A stretch of 24,000 nucleotides of DNA from Treponema sp. (GTDB lineage Bacteria; Spirochaetota; Spirochaetia; Treponematales; Breznakiellaceae), in the NCBI GenBank assembly GCA_031256035.1, contig JAIRRJ010000038.1:13059-37058 (forward strand). Direction: 5' to 3'. Of the stretch, positions 9,091 to 17,808 are shown one piece after another. Below the pieces are notes generated by a model, which saw only the letters and a list, made by a program, of their open reading frames with translations, ran no database searches and was not told where the DNA came from. Position numbers and translations under genes: made by a program. Positions within the stretch are counted from its first letter, which is position 1. Each line of letters begins with the position of its first letter.

Positions 9091-9324
9091 ATGGATGAAA
9101 TCAAATTTGACATTGTTAAGCATTTTGGGATTATTTCTTCGGAAAAGAGCGGCTGGAAAAAAGAACTGAATTTAGTATCGTGGAGCGGCAGAACCCCAAA
9201 ACTGGACATCAGGGACTGGGCGCCGGAGCATGCAAAAATGGGTAAGGGCGTTACCCTTACCGAGGGAGAAGCGGCTCAATTGGCGGAATTGCTGGTTTTT
9301 GCGCTTGCGAAGCAGGAAGGCTGA
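9091..9324 (+). CDS. PC4/YdbC-like ssDNA-binding family protein
   Basis: The track ORF starts at 9046. I prefer the ATG at 9091, which is preceded by GTGAGG. MDEIKFDIVKHFGIISSEKSGWKKELNLVSWSGRTPKLDIRDWAPEHAKMGKGVTLTEGEA matches the YdbC family from memory. Confidence 0.65.
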   Translation: MDEIKFDIVKHFGIISSEKSGWKKELNLVSWSGRTPKLDIRDWAPEHAKMGKGVTLTEGEAAQLAELLVFALAKQEG

Positions 9325-9350
9325 GTTTTTGGAAGGCTATAATTTGACTA

Positions 9351-9397
9351 AGCTCTGTCCCCAATTGCTAGATTTGGTAAATTTCAGCTCTGTCCCC
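9351..9397 (-). repeat. Direct pair of the 12-mer (9351-9362 and 9386-9397), both exact
   Basis: AGCTCTGTCCCCAATtg, then AGCTCTGTCCCCAATgt, with 35 bp spacing. The pair lies in the convergent gap between the PC4-like and oxidoreductase genes. Confidence 0.92.
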
Positions 9398-9412
9398 AAT
9401 GTGTTGTTTAGA

Positions 9413-10411
9413 TCAATACCTTTGAACCGTTTCCCATTTACCCGTTTCAGCGGATTTGAAAAGCGCGTCCAGTGCCGCCATATTAGCAATTGCATCTGAA
9501 ACAGGTGTCGGCATTTCGGTTTTTTGAATGACGCTTTCTGAAAAAGCGTCAAATTCCAGAAGGTATTGATCGGCGTTTTCCGTTTCAATCAGTCGCTGCC
9601 CCACACCGGTGGATACGGTAACCTTGCCCGGAATATCAGGGTACATATTAAAGGGGATCTCTATTGAAAGACTGCCGCCGGTCCCAATGGCGGTGACCCT
9701 CTGACATGGGTACATTTGGGTGCAAACGGTGAAAGTCGAAGCTCTGTCCCCGCCAAAATCAAGAATTCCTGATGCTAAGGCATCCGTCTTAAAAACTTGA
9801 TCTCTTACCAAAGTACATATTGCTCTGACAGGCTCACTCCCAAATAAAAACCGGGCACTTGAGACTGCATAGCAGCCAATGTCATAGATTGCTCCGCCTC
9901 CTGTATCAGTTTTGTTGCGTATATTGTTGGCATCTTTGTTCATGTATGAAAAATGGCAATTTACCGACATTAAGCCACCAATTTCGCCAACGCCTACAAT
10001 TTCTTTTGCCCTAATCCACTGAGGATGGAAACGGTACATAAAAGCCTCCATTAAGGGGACAGAGCTTTTCTGGCAATATGCGGCGGCTTCAACCGCTTCT
10101 GTAGCGTTTAAACATAGCGGTTTCTCACAAATTACTGGTTTTCCCGCATCAGCAGCCTTCTTTATGTATTCCAAATGAAGATGATTGGGCAGTGGGATAT
10201 AGACAAAATCCACATCAGTGTCGGCAAGCAGCGCCTCGTAAGAGCCGTAAATTTTCGAAAAATGTGAAGCTTTGGCAAATTCTTCAGCTTTTGCTTTATC
10301 TCTGGATGCAAGAGCATAAGGTTCCACCATTTTGGAAGATTTTAGAGGAGCGGCTATTCTCAACGCATAATGCCCGGAACAACCCAGAACGCCAAGCCGT
10401 AGTTTTTTCAT
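9413..10411 (-). CDS. Gfo/Idh/MocA-family NAD(P)-dependent oxidoreductase
   Basis: It has a Rossmann-type N-terminus (MKKLRLGVLGCSGHYA) and the EKP motif (VICEKPL). I chose the start at 10411, which has a GAGAGG RBS, rather than the longest ORF starting at 10459. Confidence 0.85.
   Translation of the reverse strand: MKKLRLGVLGCSGHYALRIAAPLKSSKMVEPYALASRDKAKAEEFAKASHFSKIYGSYEALLADTDVDFVYIPLPNHLHLEYIKKAADAGKPVICEKPLCLNATEAVEAAAYCQKSSVPLMEAFMYRFHPQWIRAKEIVGVGEIGGLMSVNCHFSYMNKDANNIRNKTDTGGGAIYDIGCYAVSSARFLFGSEPVRAICTLVRDQVFKTDALASGILDFGGDRASTFTVCTQMYPCQRVTAIGTGGSLSIEIPFNMYPDIPGKVTVSTGVGQRLIETENADQYLLEFDAFSESVIQKTEMPTPVSDAIANMAALDALFKSAETGKWETVQRY
9740..9751 (-). repeat. Iterated 12-mer, exact copy
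   Basis: Inside the oxidoreductase CDS; encodes GDRA in the sense frame. Confidence 0.9.
10055..10066 (+). repeat. Iterated 12-mer, exact copy
   Basis: Inside the oxidoreductase CDS; the sense strand reads AGC TCT GTC CCC = SSVP. Confidence 0.9.
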
Positions 10412-10491
10412 TTGTAACCTCTCATTGCATCGCGCGAACGATGTGATTTTACAGAACATCTCCGCAACGCGGGGAGACGAAAACTCCTTGA

Positions 10492-10566
10492 ATTTGGGGA
10501 CAGAGCTTAAAAATCTTACTTGAACATATCACAAAAAAGCAAAAAAATCGAGCTCTGTCCCCAAAT
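10492..10566. repeat. Inverted pair of the 12-mer with perfect 16-bp arms
   Basis: ATTTGGGGACAGAGCT (10492-10507), a 43-bp A-rich spacer, then AGCTCTGTCCCCAAAT (10551-10566). The pair lies in the oxidoreductase/groEL divergent region. Confidence 0.92.
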
Positions 10567-10653
10567 GTACCCTTTAAGGTTGGACATCACTTTTCCACCG
10601 GAAAACGCTTCCCCCTATTGCCGATTTTGCAGTAATTTAGTATTTTATATTAA

Positions 10654-12417
<1,764 letters not shown>

Positions 12418-12442
12418 GGACTAATAACGAATCGTAAGTCTT

Positions 12443-12476
12443 GAGAGGCTGCCTAAAAAGGCAGCCTCTTTTTTTA
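12443..12476 (+). terminator. Rho-independent terminator of groEL
   Basis: GAGAGGCTGCC-taaaaa-GGCAGCCTCT is followed by a TTTTTT run, 26 nt after the groEL stop. It overlaps the stop of the convergent transposase gene. Confidence 0.8.
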
Positions 12477-12983
12477 CCTTAATCCATGTTCAGGTAAATA
12501 TTCCAAGACTAAAGATTCCGGCGCATCAGTAATATCCGCTACCCCATGGTGATGATGCCATAATCCGCCAAATCTCCACATCCATGAACTATCAACCAGT
12601 TGCGCATAGACCGGATTTTCATCGATGTAGATAAATACCCGCAGAAAATCTACCATTCCAGCGATGATTCGAGAATAAAACCGCTCTCCCCATACATGAC
12701 CATTCATGTGATGCTTCCGATTCCAAGCCATTGCAAAAACACTGAGAATCCATTGCATAATTCGGGAAAGGGATTCATTGCTGCCCGGCTTAATCAGTAG
12801 ATGGAGATGGTTGTTCATAATGCAGAAATTCTTGATTTGAAAACGGTATTTCTTTTTTGCCCGCTTGATAACCGTTAACAAAAGCAATTTTTCTTCATCT
12901 GGTAATAAAATCATCTCACTGCGATTAATCCTGGCAGTCACATGATACTCTGCTCCGTCGCGGAGCATTCTTGGTAAACGCAT
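12474..12983 (-). CDS. IS200-like Y1 (HUH) transposase, RAYT-type, solitary copy
   Basis: A 169-aa ORF. It has an HUH motif (NNHLHLLI) and a C-terminal Tyr motif (FIYIDENPVYAQL). The N-terminal pattern RLPRM...YHVTARINR is typical of COG1943 REP-associated tyrosine transposases. No TnpB partner or IS ends are visible. Confidence 0.75.
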   Translation of the reverse strand: MRLPRMLRDGAEYHVTARINRSEMILLPDEEKLLLLTVIKRAKKKYRFQIKNFCIMNNHLHLLIKPGSNESLSRIMQWILSVFAMAWNRKHHMNGHVWGERFYSRIIAGMVDFLRVFIYIDENPVYAQLVDSSWMWRFGGLWHHHHGVADITDAPESLVLEYLPEHGLR

Positions 12984-13056
12984 ACTTATTATATGGTGCG
13001 CAGATGTATGGCACTTTAGTTTGGTGGATATTTTTTACTTTTTTCAAGCTTTTTTT

Positions 13057-13169
13057 AGCTCTGTCCCCCAATGTTTCGCAGCTTCTTTTTGCTCGATTGA
13101 AACCTTATCCGAACATGTATTGAAAATGGTCTGTCCAAGAAGGTATAATTGTTGCTTGGGGACAGAGCT
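13057..13169. repeat. Inverted pair of the 12-mer (13057-13068 and 13158-13169), both exact
   Basis: tttttttAGCTCTGTCCCCcaat ... gcTTGGGGACAGAGCTaaaaaag. The pair brackets the promoter of the 13208 gene. The left copy lies 74 bp upstream of the RAYT-type transposase start. Confidence 0.9.
13120..13149 (+). promoter_or_regulatory. Sigma70-like promoter for the 13208 gene
   Basis: TTGAAA (13120-13125), an 18-nt spacer, then TATAAT (13144-13149). The 12-mer copy at 13158-13169 would lie at about +1 to +14 of the transcript. Confidence 0.5.
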
Positions 13170-13207
13170 AAAAAAGCATCGAAATTCGTAAAAACTGGAG
13201 AAAAAAC

Positions 13208-13705
13208 ATGGAAAAATTAAATGTTGACAGTGCTTTTCCATTGACCAATATTCGTGGGATGAATGAATCCAGTGCAAAAAAGTATGTTCTTGGCTTTATT
13301 ACTACTTTAAAGTTAACCAATAAGCAGATTCAAGATATTGATAAAGATCTATCCAATTGGAATTCCAGGATTGAATTAGCAAAATATAAAGGATTACCTG
13401 ATTTGGTAATAGAAGCTGAAAAAGAAGTGGAGCTTTTGGAAAATAGGCGGCAGCAATTAGTCATGGAGACTGATGAATTCAAAATGCAAATTGAAGATAT
13501 GCTGCGGCAATTACCTCTGCTTCCGGCTTATGAGAGAAACATCGAGCCTGATATGCTTGAAAATGAACTCTTGATTGCTTCCGGTTATCTCCCCGGTGAG
13601 GAAGAAAAAGCTAAAAGTGAACGTTTATTCAGAAAAATGGAAAAAGAAATAACCGCTGAAGCTGCTCTTTCAGAGTTAAAGGCAAAAATGGAGAGAAAAG
13701 ATTGA
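13208..13705 (+). CDS. Hypothetical coiled-coil protein upstream of murJ
   Basis: A 165-aa ORF preceded by a GGAG RBS. It is charged and heptad-rich (EAEKEVELLENRRQQLVMETDEFKMQIEDML). I recognise no family. Confidence 0.55.
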   Translation: MEKLNVDSAFPLTNIRGMNESSAKKYVLGFITTLKLTNKQIQDIDKDLSNWNSRIELAKYKGLPDLVIEAEKEVELLENRRQQLVMETDEFKMQIEDMLRQLPLLPAYERNIEPDMLENELLIASGYLPGEEEKAKSERLFRKMEKEITAEAALSELKAKMERKD

Positions 13706-13722
13706 GCTCTGTCCCCACAGAG
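13705..13722 (-). repeat. Iterated 12-mer, exact copy, in hairpin context
   Basis: AGCTCTGTCCCC occupies 13705-13716 and overlaps the TGA stop of the upstream gene. The extension gives CTCTGT-CCCC-ACAGAG (13707-13722). Confidence 0.9.
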
Positions 13723-13770
13723 GATGCCAATCCTCAATCTGCTGCTTATTCCAGCCAGTCAGTAGATTCT

Positions 13771-15327
13771 ATGGTCCGTCATGGTTCAGCTCTGTCCCTC
13801 CTCACATTGACTTCTCGAATTCTTGGTTTATTTCGAGAAATGACCAAAGCGGCACTTCTCGGCACAAGCGCCCTGTCCGATGCCTTTTCTGTGGCCTTCA
13901 TGCTGCCTAACCTATTCCGCCGACTTTTTGCAGAAGGTTCTATCTCTGTTGCTTTCATTCCTACCTTCAAGGAATACTTGCTGGGAAACGATCGGGAAAA
14001 AACACGGGAGTTTTTATCCTGTATATTCACTTTTCTTACCTTTTTCGTAACTTTAATGGTCATGGCAGGGGTACTTGCGGCTCCGTTCATTGTCCGCTTT
14101 TTTGGCATGGAAGAATATGATGAAACCGTTCTTCTCACCAGGATCATGTTTCCTTTTCTAGGGTTCATCTCACTTGCGGCTTTGTTTCAGGGGGTACTAA
14201 ACAGCCTTCATGTTTTTACTCCATCCGGTCTTGCGCCAATTTTACTGAATATTGTTGTCATTCTCTGCGCTTATGGCTTGAGTCCTTTCACACAAAACCC
14301 TGCTCGAGCAATGGCTGTTGGAATAATCATTGGCGGTTTCCTTGAAGCAGCCATACAGTTTCCTTTTGTTATAAAACGGGGACAGAGCTTCTTTTTTACA
14401 GACTTAAAACGCGCAATCACCAACCCAGGTACAAGAAAAGTACTGCGCCTAATAAGCCCTACCATTATAGGGATGGCCGCTTATCAGCTAAACGACTTGG
14501 TTTCCACAGTATTGGCAGTCAGAGCTGGGGAGGGCGTTGTTTCAAGCATTCAGTATTCGCTACGTCTCCAAGAACTGCTCCTAGGCGTTTTTGCGGTTTC
14601 AATCGGAACCGTTCTGCTTCCTAGTCTTGCCGAATACGCAAAATCCTCTCAATGGGATATTTATAACAAGCGGTTGATTTCAGCAATAGACATCATCGCA
14701 CTCATTACCATTCCGATTACGTTTTTTTCGCTCGTTGAGGGACAGAGCTTAATCCGCCTACTCTTCCAAAACCGTAATTTCGACGAAACTTCAGTCAGCC
14801 TGACCCTCTCGGCTTTTACTTTTCATATGCCTGGTCTTTTTTTCATTGCTCTCAACCGTGTTCTGGCGCCAGCTTTTTATGCTCAAAGCGACACTAAATC
14901 CCCGACTTTGGCCGGTATAATCTCTTTCGTTGCCAATATTTGCCTTGCGGCTATTCTGGTTGGGCCGTTACGGGGCGCAGGCATTGCTTTAGCTCTGTCC
15001 CTCGCCAGCGCAGTAAATACGCTCCTGCTCCTCGTCTTCCTCAGGAGAAACCCCAATGTTGCTCTGGGGACAGAGCTTGGTTTGTCTATGGTTTACGTTT
15101 TGAAACTAATTTTTATTTCCGGATTGGCGGTTGTCCCTGTACGCTTCTTTTCTCCGTTACTACAGGTGTTTTTTGCAAGTAGAGGGCGAATCATCTCCCA
15201 TGGTATGCCTCTGGCAGTTAACGTAATTGTCTATAGCCTGTTTGGGTTTGCCATGCTTGCCCTAACCAGAGATAAAAACCTGTTTGCTCTGGTAAAAATG
15301 CTCAGGAAAAAGAGAAGGGATTCGTAA
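13771..15327 (+). CDS. murJ: Lipid II flippase MurJ
   Basis: The MurJ N-terminal signature is present (TLTSRILGLFREMTKAALLGTSALSDAFSVAFMLPNLFRRLFAEGSISVAFIP), in a polytopic protein of about 518 aa. The track ORF begins at TTG 13702. The ATG at 13771 gives a canonical-length N-terminus, so the start is uncertain. Confidence 0.88.
   Translation: MVRHGSALSLLTLTSRILGLFREMTKAALLGTSALSDAFSVAFMLPNLFRRLFAEGSISVAFIPTFKEYLLGNDREKTREFLSCIFTFLTFFVTLMVMAGVLAAPFIVRFFGMEEYDETVLLTRIMFPFLGFISLAALFQGVLNSLHVFTPSGLAPILLNIVVILCAYGLSPFTQNPARAMAVGIIIGGFLEAAIQFPFVIKRGQSFFFTDLKRAITNPGTRKVLRLISPTIIGMAAYQLNDLVSTVLAVRAGEGVVSSIQYSLRLQELLLGVFAVSIGTVLLPSLAEYAKSSQWDIYNKRLISAIDIIALITIPITFFSLVEGQSLIRLLFQNRNFDETSVSLTLSAFTFHMPGLFFIALNRVLAPAFYAQSDTKSPTLAGIISFVANICLAAILVGPLRGAGIALALSLASAVNTLLLLVFLRRNPNVALGTELGLSMVYVLKLIFISGLAVVPVRFFSPLLQVFFASRGRIISHGMPLAVNVIVYSLFGFAMLALTRDKNLFALVKMLRKKRRDS
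13788..13799 (-). repeat. Iterated 12-mer, one-mismatch copy (AGGGACAGAGCT variant)
   Basis: The top strand reads AGCTCTGTCCCT. Inside murJ; encodes ALSL. Confidence 0.8.
14378..14389 (+). repeat. Iterated 12-mer, exact copy
   Basis: Inside murJ; encodes R-GQS-F. Confidence 0.9.
14738..14749 (+). repeat. Iterated 12-mer, one-mismatch copy (AGGGACAGAGCT)
   Basis: Inside murJ; encodes E-GQS-L. Confidence 0.8.
14991..15002 (-). repeat. Iterated 12-mer, one-mismatch copy
   Basis: The top strand reads AGCTCTGTCCCT. Inside murJ; encodes ALSL. Confidence 0.8.
15061..15077 (+). repeat. Iterated 12-mer, exact copy (15066-15077), in hairpin context
   Basis: GCTCTG-GGGA-CAGAGC occupies 15061-15076. 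Inside murJ; encodes L-GTE-L. Confidence 0.9.
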
Positions 15328-15345
15328 GTTTTTATGTGCTAGTTT

Positions 15346-15357
15346 AGCTCTGTCCCC
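15346..15357 (-). repeat. Iterated 12-mer, exact copy
   Basis: The top strand reads AGCTCTGTCCCCc. It lies in the 45-bp convergent gap between murJ and cysK. Confidence 0.9.
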
Positions 15358-15372
15358 CACGCCACCCAAATT

Positions 15373-16344
15373 TCATTCATCCCACAGCCACGTAGATAAA
15401 TAACGTTCGCCCGTGTCAGGCAGAACCGCCACGATGGTCTTGCCGTTGTTTTCAGGTCGTTTAGCAACAGTCAGCGCAGCTTCGAGTGCTGAGCCGGAGG
15501 AAATGCCTGCAAGAATTCCTTCTTCTTTTGCAAGACGCCGCGCCGTGGTTCCGGCTTTAACTTTGTCAGTCTGGTATATCTCATCTACGACCCTGGAATC
15601 GTACACATTTGGTTGAAAGCCGGCGCCAATGCCTTGAATTTCGTGGGGTTTGCTCTGTCCCCCAGAATCAGCCTGAGTTTCGTGAGAACAGCTCTGTCCC
15701 TCCAAAAGCTGTCCCGAAAGCACTGAGGACAGAGCCGGTTCCACAGCAATCACCTTGACCGATGGTTTTCGGGATTTCAGGTATCTCCCTGCGCCAGTGA
15801 TAGTTCCGCCGGTGCCAACCCCGCAGACAAGAATGTCCACCTTTCCTTCGGTATCGCGCCATATTTCCGGCCCGGTGGTTTTTTCATGGATAGCTGGGTT
15901 GGCGGGGTTGTCGAACTGCCGGAGTACAACGGAATTGGGAATTGAAGCGGCTAGTTCATCGGCGCGGGCAATGGCCCCTTTCATACCTTCGGCACCGGGA
16001 GTCAGTTCCAGTTCAGCGCCCAGAGCTTTCAGAAGTTTTCGACGCTCAACACTCATCGTTTCCGGCATAGTCAGGATAATTCTGTACCCTTTAACTGCCG
16101 CGACACATGCCAGCCCGACACCGGTATTGCCGCTTGTAGGCTCAATAATAGCGGCCCCTTTTTTCAGCTTCCCTTCTTTTTCAGCCGCTTCAACCATCGC
16201 CAGAGCGACACGGTCTTTTACACTGTGAAGGGGGTTAAAACTCTCCAGTTTGACATATACGGCTGCCACACCGTCGTTGATTTTGTTGATTTTTACAAGG
16301 GGAGTATCACCGATAAGGTCGGTTATTTTTTCCGCTCTTGCCAT
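15373..16344 (-). CDS. cysK: Cysteine synthase A (O-acetylserine sulfhydrylase) with an atypically long loop
   Basis: A 323-aa ORF with CysK blocks: SVKDR (PLP Lys), [49 protein letters not shown] and GISSGSA. Confidence 0.93.
   Translation of the reverse strand: MARAEKITDLIGDTPLVKINKINDGVAAVYVKLESFNPLHSVKDRVALAMVEAAEKEGKLKKGAAIIEPTSGNTGVGLACVAAVKGYRIILTMPETMSVERRKLLKALGAELELTPGAEGMKGAIARADELAASIPNSVVLRQFDNPANPAIHEKTTGPEIWRDTEGKVDILVCGVGTGGTITGAGRYLKSRKPSVKVIAVEPALSSVLSGQLLEGQSCSHETQADSGGQSKPHEIQGIGAGFQPNVYDSRVVDEIYQTDKVKAGTTARRLAKEEGILAGISSGSALEAALTVAKRPENNGKTIVAVLPDTGERYLSTWLWDE
15651..15737. repeat. Cluster of four motif-derived units inside cysK
   Basis: The units are GCTCTGTCCCC (15652-15662), aGCTCTGTCCCt (15690-15701), a degenerate GCTGTCCC (15708-15715) and an inverted GGACAGAGC (15728-15736). 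The first two are exactly 39 bp apart. Confidence 0.88.
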
Positions 16345-16349
16345 ATTTT

Positions 16350-17636
16350 TTACTTTATAGCCTCGAAAGCCTGTTCCAAATCGTAAAGAATATCGTCAAT
16401 GTGCTCTGTCCCCACAGAAAGCCGGATCGTGTTGGGCTTGATTCCCGATTCAAGCAGTTCCTTTTCGCTTATCTGGGAATGAGTTGTTGAAGCGGGATGA
16501 ATCACCGTTGATTTAAGGTCGGCAAGATTAGACACAAGTGAAAAGAGCTTGAGCGCCTCCGAAAAACGCCTCGCCTTTTCAGCGCCGCCGGCGACATCAA
16601 ATGTAAAAACAGAACCCGCGCCGTTGGGGTAGTACCGCTTGTAGAGCTTATGATCGCGGTGTTCCGGCAGGGCTGGGTGGTTTACTTTTTCCGCCTGAGG
16701 ATGAGCCTTGAGGAAATCTACCGCCTTCAGGGCGTTACTGACGTGCCGCTCCATGCGAAGGGAGAGGGTTTCAATCCCCTGCAGGAAAAGAAAAGCGTTG
16801 AACGGGGACAGAGCTGCTCCGGTATCGCGCAGTATGACAGTCCGCGCCTTGATAATATACGCTAAGTTTTTCGCCGCTTCGGTAAAGACAATGCCGTGAT
16901 AGCTGGGGTTCGGCTTTGACAGGCCGGGAAACTTGTCGTTCTGCGTCCAGTCAAATTTGCCGCTGTCAACAATTACGCCGCCGATGGAATTACTGTTGCC
17001 GTTTATGAATTTGCTTGCCGAATGAGTAACAATGTCAGCGCCATAGTCGATGGGGGTCAACAGATAGGGTGTGGCGCAGGTATTGTCCACAATGAGGGGA
17101 ATACCGTGGCGGTGGGCAATGGCGGCAGCGGCTTCAATGTCGATGATGCTGCAATTGGGGTTACTCAGATTTTCAAAAAAAAGCGCCTTGGTGTTGGAGC
17201 GTACCTCTTTTTCAAAATTGGCAATGTCGCTGCCGTCAACAAAAGACACTTCAATGCCCATATCTTTGAATGTATTGGAAAAAAGATTGTAAGTGCCGCC
17301 GTATACCTGCCTGTCAGAAACAATATGATCGCCTGCGCGGGCGATGTTGAGAATTGAGTAGGCGGTAGCCGCCTGGCCGGACGCAAGGGCGAGAGCGGCG
17401 GCTCCTTTTTCCAGAGCGGCAATGCGCTTTTCAAACACATCCGAAGTAGGATTCATCAGCCGGGTGTAAATGTTTCCTGAGTCAGTCAGGGCGAACCTGT
17501 CAGCGGCGACTTTTGAATTGGGATACACAAAAGACGTAGTCTGATAAATGGGAACCGTCCGCGAACCGGTCGCCGGATCTGGTTCCTGCCCGGCATGAAC
17601 CTGCAATGTCTCGAATTTATAATCTCTCGCCGCCAT
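16350..17636 (-). CDS. metY: O-acetylhomoserine sulfhydrylase / aminocarboxypropyltransferase (PLP-dependent, Cys/Met metabolism family)
   Basis: A 428-aa ORF. Supporting blocks are [29 protein letters not shown], the PLP-Lys region [20 protein letters not shown] and the C-terminal [21 protein letters not shown]. It is followed 5 nt later by cysK, so the two likely form an operon. Confidence 0.9.
   Translation of the reverse strand: MAARDYKFETLQVHAGQEPDPATGSRTVPIYQTTSFVYPNSKVAADRFALTDSGNIYTRLMNPTSDVFEKRIAALEKGAAALALASGQAATAYSILNIARAGDHIVSDRQVYGGTYNLFSNTFKDMGIEVSFVDGSDIANFEKEVRSNTKALFFENLSNPNCSIIDIEAAAAIAHRHGIPLIVDNTCATPYLLTPIDYGADIVTHSASKFINGNSNSIGGVIVDSGKFDWTQNDKFPGLSKPNPSYHGIVFTEAAKNLAYIIKARTVILRDTGAALSPFNAFLFLQGIETLSLRMERHVSNALKAVDFLKAHPQAEKVNHPALPEHRDHKLYKRYYPNGAGSVFTFDVAGGAEKARRFSEALKLFSLVSNLADLKSTVIHPASTTHSQISEKELLESGIKPNTIRLSVGTEHIDDILYDLEQAFEAIK
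16402..16418 (-). repeat. Iterated 12-mer, one-mismatch copy (GGGGACAGAGCA), in hairpin context
   Basis: tGCTCTGTCCCC occupies 16402-16413. TCTGT-CCCC-ACAGA occupies 16405-16418. Inside metY; encodes V-GTE-H. Confidence 0.8.
16804..16815 (+). repeat. Iterated 12-mer, exact copy
   Basis: Inside metY; the sense strand encodes AALSP. Confidence 0.9.
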
Positions 17637-17737
17637 AAAATATCACCTCTGAACATCAGCTTGTTCCAAAATCTGATCTTTTGCAACTGCCTTTATTTAT
17701 GGCACGGAGATGGAAATTGCTTTAGTTTAGGTTTTTT

Positions 17738-17761
17738 AGCTCTGTCCTGGGGGACAGAGCT
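17738..17761. repeat. Head-to-head motif pair forming a perfect 10-bp-arm palindrome
   Basis: AGCTCTGTCC-TGGG-GGACAGAGCT, preceded by TTTTTT. It is intergenic, lying upstream of metY and downstream of the 17809 gene. Confidence 0.9.
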
Positions 17762-17808
17762 TGGCTGCGGAGTTGTTAACCAGTAATTTCTCTTGAGGAA
17801 AAAAACCA

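Noticed and set aside
6214-9397. Motif-spacer-motif units as miniature CRISPR arrays
   Set aside because: The repeat is only 12-15 bp and occurs in pairs only. Spacers are 20-28 nt. The same word is scattered singly in ORFs and in both orientations. No cas genes are in the window.
17637-17808. SAM or other riboswitch in the metY leader
   Set aside because: The minus-strand leader lacks the conserved SAM-I/SAM-II core sequences I can recall. The only strong structure is the motif palindrome.
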